Assembly (NCBI GenBank): GCA_038134595.1
Contig: JAYPVM010000006.1
Location: forward strand, 67,440-131,439
DNA: 64,000 bases
Origin: Pseudomonadota bacterium
GTDB lineage: Bacteria > Bdellovibrionota_C > UBA2361 > OMII01
Direction of reading: 5' to 3'
In this document: piece after piece, positions 40,958 to 50,256 of the stretch
How positions within the stretch are numbered: position 1 is the first letter of the stretch
Layout of the letters: each line of letters begins with the position of its first letter
Position numbers and translations under genes: made by a program
Notes under the pieces: model-generated
What the model saw: the letters and a program-made list of their open reading frames with translations, nothing else
Database searches by the model: none
Told to the model about the DNA's origin: nothing

Positions 40958-42307
40958 ATGGACGAACTGATTACAAGGATGGTACACAAGCATAACGGCA
41001 CTCAATTTTCATCGTGGGGCAAGTATCCAATACCAGTTGACCAATCGGCGGCTTTCCTTTGCTCGTCGTCATCGGAGCTTCCTCAAACAGATACTGGTCA
41101 ATTGCTCCTTCCTTATGGACTCGGCAGAAGCTACGGAGATAGCTGCATTAACAGTGGGCATACCGTTCTCCCCTGTTCGCGGCTAAACAACTTCCTTGCT
41201 TTCGATCCACACTCAGGAGTATTACGAGCTGAAGCTGGTGTCAGCTTAGCAGATATCTTGGAGGTCTTTGTGCCACGGGGATGGTTTCTACCCGTCTCTC
41301 CCGGAACTAAATTTGTCACACTCGGAGGAGCTGTGGCCAACGACATCCACGGCAAAAACCATCATGTTGCAGGAACCTTCGGCTGTCATGTGAGGCGATT
41401 TGAACTAATTAGATCCTCGGGAGAGCGATTTATATGCTCTCCGGAAGAGAACCCCGAACTCTTTCGAGCAACAATTGGTGGCATGGGGCTAACTGGATTG
41501 ATAACGTGGGTAGAGCTCACCCTCATCCCGATACATAGCCCCTACCTTGATACAGCTACCATCAAGTTTCGCAATCTCGATGAATTCTTTGACATCTCGG
41601 CCGAATCTGATTCCACGTATGAGTACAGCGTCTCGTGGGTCGATTGCACCTCTGAGGGCGCCAACCTCGGTCGCGGACTATTCATGGCTGGCAATTTTTC
41701 GGAGAAAACCAAGAGAAGACAGCCCCCCAAGCTCTCAATCCCCTTTCCCTGCGAAGCTCCCTCTTGGCTACTCAACTCTCTCTTCATGCGGTCTTTTAAC
41801 ACGCTCTACTACAACAAACAAAGAACACGCAAAGTCGAAGCTTTGACCCACTATGAGCCATTTTTCTATCCCCTTGATGCAATACTGAACTGGAACCGTA
41901 TGTATGGCAGGCGTGGTTTTTTTCAGTACCAATTCGTCATTCCATTCACAAATGACCGCCGTGTTATCAAAGACATCTTCACCCGCATTACAAAATCAAA
42001 GAGAGCATCTTTTTTAGCAGTGCTTAAAACATTTGGCGACATTCCATCCCCTGGCTTGCTTTCCTTTCCCAGAAAGGGCGTCACATTAGCTCTAGATTTT
42101 CCAAATCAAGGGAAGCCAACTCTTGAGCTCCTAACAGACCTTGATACTATCGTTAAGTCTGTGGGTGGATCTATTTATCCAGCTAAAGATGCCCGAATGA
42201 GCCCCGAAATGTTCAAGCTTTCGCATCCATACCTTGACGAATTCCTAAAATGGAAAGATCCTCAATTTTCATCCACTCTATGGAGACGTGTAATGGAGTC
42301 CGCATGA
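40958..42307 (+). CDS. dprE1: DprE1-like FAD-dependent decaprenylphosphoryl-beta-D-ribose 2'-oxidase
   Basis: FAD_binding_4 N-terminus. GRSYGD, PGT..VTLGGAVANDIHGKNHH.AGTFG.HV and GFFQYQFVIP align closely, by eye, with Mtb Rv3790. The position of the BTZ-target Cys387 (NICVDFP) reads TLALDFP here, so Cys becomes Ala. Confidence 0.85.
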   Translation: MDELITRMVHKHNGTQFSSWGKYPIPVDQSAAFLCSSSSELPQTDTGQLLLPYGLGRSYGDSCINSGHTVLPCSRLNNFLAFDPHSGVLRAEAGVSLADILEVFVPRGWFLPVSPGTKFVTLGGAVANDIHGKNHHVAGTFGCHVRRFELIRSSGERFICSPEENPELFRATIGGMGLTGLITWVELTLIPIHSPYLDTATIKFRNLDEFFDISAESDSTYEYSVSWVDCTSEGANLGRGLFMAGNFSEKTKRRQPPKLSIPFPCEAPSWLLNSLFMRSFNTLYYNKQRTRKVEALTHYEPFFYPLDAILNWNRMYGRRGFFQYQFVIPFTNDRRVIKDIFTRITKSKRASFLAVLKTFGDIPSPGLLSFPRKGVTLALDFPNQGKPTLELLTDLDTIVKSVGGSIYPAKDARMSPEMFKLSHPYLDEFLKWKDPQFSSTLWRRVMESA

Positions 42308-43041
42308 AGAGAATACTCGTAATAGGTGCCACATCAGGTATCGCCACGGCTGTCGCGCGACAGTATGCTCAAGACGGCGTCGCTTTATGCCTGTTAGGAA
42401 GAAATCACGAGAAACTCACAGCTCTAGCAACTGACCTCTCAGTGAGAGGCGCCTCGGAGGTGAGCACTTTTTGTTTTAATGCTTCGGACATCGAGCAACA
42501 CGCCCAAACATTAGAGAACGCCCAAATGCAATTTGGGCACTTTGACTACGCCCTAATAGCGCACGGGAACCTACCCGATCAAAAAGAATGTGAGCGCTCC
42601 TTTGAGCAAACTCATACAGAGCTTACAACAAATTTACTGAGCCCTATTGCATTGCTAACATGGCTGGGCAATTACTTTGAGGAACGCAAGGGTGGAACTA
42701 TAGCGGTCATCACATCGGTTGCTGGAGATCGCGGTCGTCAAAGCAACTATATCTATGGAACCGCCAAGGGTGCTCTTTCTCGATACCTACAGGGCCTAAG
42801 AAACAGATTAGCCCCCAGTGGGGTAGCAGTTGTTGATATCAAGCCCGGGTTTGTTGACACACCAATGACTCAGCATTTGAAAAAGGGGGCGCTTTTCGCC
42901 TCTCCAGAAAAAATAGCTGTGGGCATTAAGAAAGCCATAGAGCGCGGGACATCAGAGATTTACCTTCCTCGCTTCTGGTGGGTGATAATGTCCATAATTA
43001 AGACAATCCCAGAATGCATCTTCAAAAGACTAAAACTCTAA
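42304..43041 (+). CDS. dprE2: DprE2-like SDR (decaprenylphosphoryl-2-keto-ribose reductase)
   Basis: The start ATG at 42304 overlaps the dprE1 stop as ATGA. It has an SDR Rossmann motif (ILVIGATSGIATAV), a catalytic region (SVAGDRGRQSNYIYGTAKGAL) and a C-terminus (IMSIIKTIPECIFKRLKL) that resemble Rv3791. Confidence 0.8.
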   Translation: MKRILVIGATSGIATAVARQYAQDGVALCLLGRNHEKLTALATDLSVRGASEVSTFCFNASDIEQHAQTLENAQMQFGHFDYALIAHGNLPDQKECERSFEQTHTELTTNLLSPIALLTWLGNYFEERKGGTIAVITSVAGDRGRQSNYIYGTAKGALSRYLQGLRNRLAPSGVAVVDIKPGFVDTPMTQHLKKGALFASPEKIAVGIKKAIERGTSEIYLPRFWWVIMSIIKTIPECIFKRLKL

Positions 43042-43250
43042 GAGCCTGCTACTCAATCAGCATAACGCTAGGGCAACATGAGATCCGGGAGAGTTTTAAA
43101 GCAACTCGCAGCAGGTGTTTTTTGCACGAGGAAAACCAAGGCGCAACCGGCGCACCTAACTTCAACACCCACTTCTCCACTATGCGAAAAATTTGCCAGA
43201 ATTGGCCTTACGGCTCGTGGAAAAACATCCCAAGCCGTAAGAACAAGAGA

Positions 43251-43754
43251 TCACATCTCCAAGAGGAATTGAATTTGCTTTACGAGCAAGCTCTCCGCAC
43301 GAAACTTTTCACAGAACATATCCGCCCCACGTTCTAGTGCCACGAACTCTAGGTCATCTCCACAAGCAGTCAACATGATGACCGGAATTTCTCCACCGTC
43401 CCACTCGGTACCCTTACCTCTTACCGCCTTGAGAAATTCAAAGCCATCCATCTCGGGCATCTTGTAATCTGATACAATAACATCACACTGCTGTGCCTCC
43501 AATACTCCCAGTGCCTCCGTGGCAGATCCTGAGACCGTCACTTGATAACCTGCTCTCTCAACAATCCTCTTTAAAAATTGCAACTGATCTGGATCGTCAT
43601 CAACCACAAGAACATTATGGTCATGTGGAGTAGGTCGTCGCGAAATTTGATCCTCAGTTTCATTCCATGTAGCCATCATGAGAGCCTCCGTATCACTATA
43701 GTCATCTGGTATTTTGCAGCCTCGCTTCTCTCTAGAATCACGATTCCGACGCAT
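43251..43754 (-). CDS. Single-domain response regulator (CheY-like receiver)
   Basis: Receiver motifs: VLVVDDD, the phospho-acceptor context DVIVSDYKMPEMDG, and a conserved Lys region. No cognate kinase is present in the window. The start may be internal, at the MMATW codon 43679. Confidence 0.7.
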   Translation of the reverse strand: MRRNRDSREKRGCKIPDDYSDTEALMMATWNETEDQISRRPTPHDHNVLVVDDDPDQLQFLKRIVERAGYQVTVSGSATEALGVLEAQQCDVIVSDYKMPEMDGFEFLKAVRGKGTEWDGGEIPVIMLTACGDDLEFVALERGADMFCEKFRAESLLVKQIQFLLEM

Positions 43755-44222
43755 CTTGTCACCTCACTGTTTATCATCGTTGGTTGAGTTCCAATCCTCG
43801 GAATATTTACGTGTCCCTGTAACTATGACTTCGGAGCGAAGGTAAAAGAGCTTGCTATTTCGGTGCTAAATTCTCCTCGCCTAAAGAATATGAGCTGTGA
43901 GCAAATTACCTAAGGGCCCTACCAAAGACACAATAAAATACTTGTAAACAGCGGCCATTAAGCCCACTCGCCACGCTCTCTTACTGCCCCTCATGCTATG
44001 AACCTCGAAACACATCTCTATTGCAAACATCAATCCTGGCAGCTCTTACCCTGACAAACTCTAAAGACAAACTCCCCACTTGACACCATTAATGTGATTT
44101 GAAAGCCGATCAATTTTACCGAAGCCACCTCGTGCGTTGCATAAAAACCACCTGACGCGCAAAAGGTTACATAGTTAATTTGCGTAGACGTGATCGCTAA
44201 ACTTGGCCATACGCCTCTCACC

Positions 44223-45110
44223 TCACCGGATAAGAACATCTAGTAGCGTGCAAAGAAAAAAAATGACGCTGGCCAATCCATTTCTTAAGAAAAATATCGG
44301 TTCAATTTGAGCATTTCGATCTCGCGCCACTGAGATGTGCTGTGTCGCTATTAAACCCGCAAAGAATACTATACCGGCCCAACACACAGCTCCCACATCA
44401 AACCAAACACCAGCTACAGACATAGCGATAACGGTACCAGCATGGAACACGCCGGCGCATAGTAAGGCTCGCCTGCGCCCCAAACGTGCCGGGACACTCT
44501 GTAATCCTCTTGCTCTATCAAACTCGATATCCTGCAGAGCATATATGATATCAAACCCTGCCACCCAAGTTAACACAGCTATCATGAGAGGCACCGGTCG
44601 CCAACTAAACTCACCAGCAATCGCTATCCAAACTCCACCCGGTGCCAATGCCAACGACAAGCCTAACACAGCGTGGCAAAGAATTGAGAAACGCTTCAAA
44701 TAGGAATATCCGAGTAGTATCATCAACACTGGGACAGAGAGATATCCACACAGCAAACTTAGAGCCGATGCAGATGCAATAAAAACAAGTGAAAAAAATA
44801 CGACGAGCATTCCGACCTCTACAGAGCTTACCGTTCCTTGAGGTATCTCTCGCATCGCTGTGCGAGGATTTTCGGCGTCAAGCTTTTGATCTACAAGCCG
44901 ATTAAACGCCATAGCGGCAAAGCGTGCAGAAACGACGCACATCACAATCAAAACAATCTGACCAACCGATATTGAAAATTCATACCATAAGAGGGCAACT
45001 ACCGATAGAGCAAACGGCATCGCAAAAATAGTGTGCGAAAACTTCACGAGCCTCCCCCACACCACTATGCGATCTCCGGTCTTGGTAAATACTGCTCCAC
45101 GCTTATCCAT
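44223..45110 (-). CDS. UbiA-family aromatic prenyltransferase (4-hydroxybenzoate polyprenyltransferase / MqnP-like)
   Basis: About 8 TM helices with the Asp-rich motif variant NRLVDQKLDAENPRT and a second motif near YALQDIEFD. The ORF track extends to 45173. The likely start is the MDKRG codon at 45110. Confidence 0.75.
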   Translation of the reverse strand: MDKRGAVFTKTGDRIVVWGRLVKFSHTIFAMPFALSVVALLWYEFSISVGQIVLIVMCVVSARFAAMAFNRLVDQKLDAENPRTAMREIPQGTVSSVEVGMLVVFFSLVFIASASALSLLCGYLSVPVLMILLGYSYLKRFSILCHAVLGLSLALAPGGVWIAIAGEFSWRPVPLMIAVLTWVAGFDIIYALQDIEFDRARGLQSVPARLGRRRALLCAGVFHAGTVIAMSVAGVWFDVGAVCWAGIVFFAGLIATQHISVARDRNAQIEPIFFLRNGLASVIFFLCTLLDVLIR

Positions 45111-45303
45111 AGGGGTCCCCAAGACGATCATACACATAAAGACAGCTGTTTCAATAGAACCCGTCTTTGTCATGTGCGGGCCGATAGTGAATGCCTAAAT
45201 GGATTTTGTAGCGTCTATTGCTGTTTATATGCCAAATCGGCCGAAAAAATACGTAACGATAGACTCAGATGCTGGATTTTTGTAACATATTGGTGGTGCA
45301 TCC

Positions 45304-46056
45304 ATGAGACTAAAGACGACGCCACAAAATATATCTGATCACGCTACTATGACTTCCCTAAACCACAGGCCACACAGCACTCAAGAGGTGCAAAGGATGT
45401 TCGACAGCATTGCTCCGACCTATGACATTCTAAACCTGATGTTAAGTGGCGGAAGTCACAGGAGGTGGGAATCAAAGCTCGTAGACTCACTACCAGAAGC
45501 GACCTCGGGAATATGCCTCGATATCTGTACAGGCACAGGCGCGTTAATACCCAGATTGGCACGAAGGTTTTCATCTGTTGTCGGTCTTGATGTTTCTCCA
45601 AATATGCTCTCTATCGCAAAACGAAAGTATGGCAGTATGCATAAGGTTTCTTTCATAGAAGCCGATGCCCAAAAGCTACCGTTTTCTGATAACTGCTTTG
45701 ACCGAATCACTGTTGCATACGGGGTTCGAAACTTACCGGACTATCGTACTGGCCTTAAAGAGATCAAACGAGTTCTTAAGCCAGGAGGTGTGGTGGGCAT
45801 TCTCGAGTTTGGGCAACCAAGCGTTCCGGTATGGCGTCAGGCGTTCAATCTCTATTCCAGAACACTTATGCCACTACTGGGTCGAATCGTCTCAGGAGAC
45901 TCCCATGCCTATAGATATCTTCCGAAAACAGCCGCCGCATTTCCATGCGGAAAAGCATTCGAAAATGATTTAATCGCCTGTGGCCTCTCTCCGACTAAAA
46001 CCCACTCATGTTTGGGAGGCATTGCATATATTTATGTGGCTAACAAAAGGACGTAG
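45304..46056 (+). CDS. ubiE: Demethylmenaquinone/ubiquinone C-methyltransferase UbiE/MenG
   Basis: UbiE-specific N-terminus (VQRMFDSIAPTYDILNLMLSGG) and a SAM motif (LDICTGTG). Confidence 0.85.
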   Translation: MRLKTTPQNISDHATMTSLNHRPHSTQEVQRMFDSIAPTYDILNLMLSGGSHRRWESKLVDSLPEATSGICLDICTGTGALIPRLARRFSSVVGLDVSPNMLSIAKRKYGSMHKVSFIEADAQKLPFSDNCFDRITVAYGVRNLPDYRTGLKEIKRVLKPGGVVGILEFGQPSVPVWRQAFNLYSRTLMPLLGRIVSGDSHAYRYLPKTAAAFPCGKAFENDLIACGLSPTKTHSCLGGIAYIYVANKRT

Positions 46057-46064
46057 AGAAAGAG

Positions 46065-46667
46065 ATGCACGCACATCAAAAACAACGGTGGATAGTTGGT
46101 ATAACCGGTGCGAGTGGAATTCGCTATGCGCAAAAACTTCTAGAAGTGCTTCCGAAGCTTGTCGACGAAGTCCATGTCGTGTTCTCCGAGGCTGCCCTTA
46201 GGGTTTTAAAGGACGAGGAAGGCATAATACTTCGCAGTGGAGCGGTATGCGCAAAGGAAGTTTGTGGACAAGATTACAGCAACATTTTCTTTTATAATCC
46301 CCGGGATATCGGAGCTAGAATCGCTTCCGGTACGATGATAGCACAAGGGATGGTTATCATTCCTTGTTCGATGGGAACACTCGGCGCCATTGCTCACGGA
46401 ATATCAAATCATTTAGTTCATCGAGCCGCTGACGTCACTCTAAAGGAAGGACGAAAACTTATCGTGGTTCCGCGTGAAGCCCCCCTTTCCACAATACATC
46501 TGAAGAATATGCTTATCCTCTCGGAGCTAGGCGCACGTATTATTCCGGCCATGCCAGGTTTTTACAACTCCCCGAAGTCAATCGATGATTTAGTCTCGCA
46601 TTTTATCATGAAGGTCCTTGACTCAATGGGAATTCACACCGACCTAGCAAAGCGCTGGTTAGAGTAG
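46065..46667 (+). CDS. ubiX: Flavin prenyltransferase UbiX (prenyl-FMN synthase; MqnL-like)
   Basis: 200 aa flavoprotein-fold with VGITGASG and CSMGTLGAIAHG motifs. Confidence 0.85.
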   Translation: MHAHQKQRWIVGITGASGIRYAQKLLEVLPKLVDEVHVVFSEAALRVLKDEEGIILRSGAVCAKEVCGQDYSNIFFYNPRDIGARIASGTMIAQGMVIIPCSMGTLGAIAHGISNHLVHRAADVTLKEGRKLIVVPREAPLSTIHLKNMLILSELGARIIPAMPGFYNSPKSIDDLVSHFIMKVLDSMGIHTDLAKRWLE

Positions 46668-46718
46668 GTCAATTTTCATCTAGAAGCCCCAACTGCAACA
46701 GAGTACACTACAAGGGCT

Positions 46719-47525
46719 ATGAAGAACCTCCTTATCAAGGCGACATACACTCTTATTCTCTATTGCTCTGCCGTAGGAGGATTTTTGTTTTTGGGACTAC
46801 CGACCCAGAACCTTGAGGCTAGTCAAAACATGACAAGCCATATCGTAGATGTGACCATTCGAAACCTCGCGCTACTAGTCTCATGGGATGTAATGGTAGG
46901 GCTCTTTTTTCTGTGGCATTCTAAGCGTAGCAACAACGACCCTAATGCGGGAGGATATGGCATAGCAACTGCACTCGTTACCTTGGTCACTCTGTTCATA
47001 CTTCAGGCTTGTCGAGCTCAAATGAGCCATATTCAGTTTATCATTCTCCTGCTCGCTCTCGGATTTCGGGGTATGGGAAAAGGGAGCTGGGAAAACAATC
47101 GTCCTCAAGTGGGCATGCCATCATCCCTTGCTTCTCACTCTTTATTGGCGGCTCTATCTTTTTCTGTGTTCTATAATGGCACACCTCCATGGCAAACAAT
47201 TCCTTTGAGCATCGCCATAGGCTCTATCGTTGCATCAGCAGAACTATCTCAAAACCGCTCAAGCATTAACCGAACACCCTTTCCCGGTCTCTCCCCTTTA
47301 TACCGAGTAATAACCATACTCGGCCCGCTGATTATTACAACATCGGCCTTCGTGGGACTACTCGAACGCCCTTATACCTACTTCCTGATCGCTCTATTTA
47401 TGAGCGTGACTCATGTCAGAAAATCTGATAAGCAGACGCCGATTCCTCCCGAAGCCCGGTATATGGGTGCTGTGATTAGCTCGGCATCTATCGTAGGATT
47501 ACTTGCAATTCGTGCCAGTCTTTAA
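46719..47525 (+). CDS. Hypothetical polytopic membrane protein
   Basis: 268 aa with 6-7 hydrophobic segments. I recognise no motif. Confidence 0.45.
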   Translation: MKNLLIKATYTLILYCSAVGGFLFLGLPTQNLEASQNMTSHIVDVTIRNLALLVSWDVMVGLFFLWHSKRSNNDPNAGGYGIATALVTLVTLFILQACRAQMSHIQFIILLLALGFRGMGKGSWENNRPQVGMPSSLASHSLLAALSFSVFYNGTPPWQTIPLSIAIGSIVASAELSQNRSSINRTPFPGLSPLYRVITILGPLIITTSAFVGLLERPYTYFLIALFMSVTHVRKSDKQTPIPPEARYMGAVISSASIVGLLAIRASL

Positions 47526-47659
47526 CCAAACGCACAGGAGGGAAGAGCTTCCGCAACCGGCAAAATAGTTAAGTTTCATCTGGACTTGTTGACAAAAGAA
47601 ATCTACCCTTTGCTCCAACATAGTAAAATACTGTTATCTCTTCTACGGGAGGCTCTTTC

Positions 47660-48460
47660 ATGCAGCACAATAGACCTCGATTTCAATTTTATCTGCCGAT
47701 AATCGGCGTCCTGGCAGCAATTACCATCGCAACCTGCCCACTCAGAGCAGAGTCGAGAACAAAATCCGTCGGCACAGAAGTCTCGCAGCACTCCCTTCGT
47801 CTGAATGAACAAGGGGCGCAAGCTGTTAAGGAAAGAAGATTTAAAGATGCCGAACAGCTCTTTAAGAAATCTCTCGAGAGAGATGCATCCAATATAACAG
47901 CAGTCGTTAACCTAGCCGGCATGTATATTACAAACAAGAAAGAGACTCTTGCCATCAGCCTCTTATCTGAATACACAAAAAAATCACCCACTGATGCATA
48001 TCTTCAGGCGAGACTGGGAGATGCTTTCTTCGCTGCAAAAAAATCCTCTCAAGCTATCCGCGCCTACGAAAAAGCCCTTTCACTAGACCCCTCACTCGTA
48101 CCTCCTTTAGTACGACTTGCGTCCCTGTACACAATGAGCAACAAACTGGAACAAGCACGAGATATGTACATCCGCGCGGTCACTGCGAATCCTCAGGATG
48201 CACGGTCACTAAACAATCTAAGCAGCCTCTACCTCGGACTAGGAGATCCAAAAAGTGCGATAGCAACTGCAAAGAAGGCGCTACGAGTCTCGAGCACAAG
48301 CGAAACATATGTAACATTAGGCAATGCATACCAACGAGTTGGAGACCGTAGAAATGCACTACACTCATTCAAAAGAGCTCGCCAAATGGGTAGTAAAGAG
48401 CCTAAACTTACCGCCGTTATCCAAGAGCTCGAGGCTACCCAGAGCAACGCTCACTCTTGA
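47660..48460 (+). CDS. Secreted TPR-repeat protein
   Basis: Signal peptide (IIGVLAAITIATCPLRAES) followed by about 5 TPR repeats. Confidence 0.65.
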   Translation: MQHNRPRFQFYLPIIGVLAAITIATCPLRAESRTKSVGTEVSQHSLRLNEQGAQAVKERRFKDAEQLFKKSLERDASNITAVVNLAGMYITNKKETLAISLLSEYTKKSPTDAYLQARLGDAFFAAKKSSQAIRAYEKALSLDPSLVPPLVRLASLYTMSNKLEQARDMYIRAVTANPQDARSLNNLSSLYLGLGDPKSAIATAKKALRVSSTSETYVTLGNAYQRVGDRRNALHSFKRARQMGSKEPKLTAVIQELEATQSNAHS

Positions 48461-48644
48461 AATACCCCAAGAACATAAAAACGCTATATAATTCGTGGCT
48501 AGCCTTAGAGCCCAAACTTGACTATTCTAGGCCTCTGAGACCATCGCCACTTTCTGCCAAGATAGAAGAGGCTGTATCGTCGAAACTAGATTTGTCACGG
48601 ACATACCGTGGTAAGCAGTAAACTCAAAAAACACCAGGAACCTT

Positions 48645-49007
48645 ATGTCTTACGAATTTTATAAAGCACTTCATCTTTTGGGATTATCTCTTACTCTCTT
48701 ATCATTCGGCGGAATTTTAGTATTTGCGATAAATGGAGGCACAAAGGCATCTAACCAATTTAAAAAGGGAGTAATGATTTCTCACGGCGTGGGCCTTTTG
48801 CTTTTACTCGTCGCTGGCTTTGGTATGTTAGCGAAACTTCAGATATCTGGATTCCCAACATGGGTCGTCCTCAAAATAATCATATGGCTACTCTTCGGCG
48901 GTTTGATAGCAATGGCCTACAAGCAAAACCTGGCCAGAAAACTTTGGTTGCTCATTCCAGCTCTCGTGGTACTTGCTACCATCCTTGCAAACTCCAAGCC
49001 CATGTAG
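48645..49007 (+). CDS. SirB2/YchQ-family small membrane protein
   Basis: 120 aa with 4 TM helices. The N-terminus (YKALHLLGLSLTLLSF) resembles the SirB2 family pattern (Y..K.LHL..v.LS..lF). Confidence 0.5.
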   Translation: MSYEFYKALHLLGLSLTLLSFGGILVFAINGGTKASNQFKKGVMISHGVGLLLLLVAGFGMLAKLQISGFPTWVVLKIIIWLLFGGLIAMAYKQNLARKLWLLIPALVVLATILANSKPM

Positions 49008-49060
49008 CCCCTGAGAGTGATTTCATTCATACATTTGATCCACACATTCGATCCACATTG

Positions 49061-49990
49061 TTAATGTAAAACACTATTGACGAGCCCCTCTTGTGTTGCG
49101 AATAAAGCCAACTGTGGCTCCGAAAATTCGTACTCTACAGGGTGCAGTAGTTTCTGCGGCGCAATCTCTCTCATTGCCTGTAAAAGTGGCCTATGAGCAT
49201 CTGGCCTTAACCAGTGAAAGCATCGCTCCGACGCTAATTTTTGGGCTGCATAGCCTTTGGGACGACCACCATGCGCAAGCTGTGAAAGACTATGCAGGTG
49301 AACAAAATCACCGTATTGATTCAACAAAGAGGCGAACTTTGTCGCATCGGATCTCCAATCACCGTAAGGCAGTAATGGTGCTACTTGTATGCCAACCCGC
49401 ATCCCAAAATGCCGCAACGTTCTAATGGCCTTAAGGCGCTCCGAGATCAAGGGCATATTGGGCATATAGCGTTTTGCTACTTCATCACAATCTGTTTCTA
49501 TTCCCATCGTAATAAAAGTATTCTTCCTGACTCTCTTTAAAACAGGTATACCGATGACAATAAGTGGAGAACGCGTCTGGATGACAAGTCGCCCAGGAAC
49601 AAAACGTTCAAACAACTGTAAAAACCTCATGCTTGTAGCAAATTTCTCATCGAACGGATGAAACGGATCAGTGGTATTTCCAAAAACAACCGTTGCCCGC
49701 CTTAACTCTCCCCTCCGAGAAAGCCTACTGAGAGTTCGCTCCAATTCATGCACCGGTTCGCCTCCCTCGAGCAAATAGCGGCTTCTGAGCATTTGGTTCG
49801 ACGCACCGTCTACGTCGCCAAGAGCTAAAGATATCAAATCATTAGATTGAGAGACTCGTCCCATTGAGATGCCCCCCGCATAGGAATCAACTACAATGAT
49901 AGACCTGTCGTGACAAACATGCTCTTTCGTGTTGTGCTTACCCATACTCATCGCCATCTCCGCTTTACTCAAATTCTGTTGAACCCCCAA
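49061..49990 (-). CDS. Radical-SAM/SPL-like (COG1533 DNA-repair-photolyase fold) homolog lacking the CxxxCxxC cluster motif
   Basis: The C-terminal two thirds match the SPL-family hallmarks (VVFGNTTDPFHPFDEKF, LVIQTRSPLI, ITMGIETDCDEV, RLKAIRTLRHFGMRVGIQVAPLLPY). The position of the Cys triad (NPY.GC.H.C.YC) reads VDSYAGGISMGRVS here, with no Cys. Confidence 0.55.
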   Translation of the reverse strand: MGVQQNLSKAEMAMSMGKHNTKEHVCHDRSIIVVDSYAGGISMGRVSQSNDLISLALGDVDGASNQMLRSRYLLEGGEPVHELERTLSRLSRRGELRRATVVFGNTTDPFHPFDEKFATSMRFLQLFERFVPGRLVIQTRSPLIVIGIPVLKRVRKNTFITMGIETDCDEVAKRYMPNMPLISERLKAIRTLRHFGMRVGIQVAPLLPYGDWRSDATKFASLLNQYGDFVHLHSLSQLAHGGRPKGYAAQKLASERCFHWLRPDAHRPLLQAMREIAPQKLLHPVEYEFSEPQLALFATQEGLVNSVLH

Positions 49991-50256
49991 AATACTTCAA
50001 GCTACTTAAACTTTAGACGCCGAAAGACCTAAATAGGTTCAAGCTAATTAAAGCAACTTCTTAGCCCTCCTTAACCTACTGTATTAACTAACTTATTAGT
50101 TCAATTTCCCATTCTGTCCGACTAAGCTCCATAGGAATCAACATCAGCAAATGACCTTTTTGGGATTTACTTCTTAGTGCTCTTAGGTAAAGATTCAGCT
50201 ACGATAAAACAGTAAGAATACAACCGAATAACGTTTCTGTTGGGAAGGAGTTTGCT

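Noticed and set aside
43042-43250. Weak hairpin (CTCGCAGCAGGTG TTTTTT GCACGAG) in the convergent gap between dprE2 and the response regulator
   Set aside because: The stem is imperfect, and the T-run sits inside the putative loop rather than after the stem. It is not a convincing intrinsic terminator.
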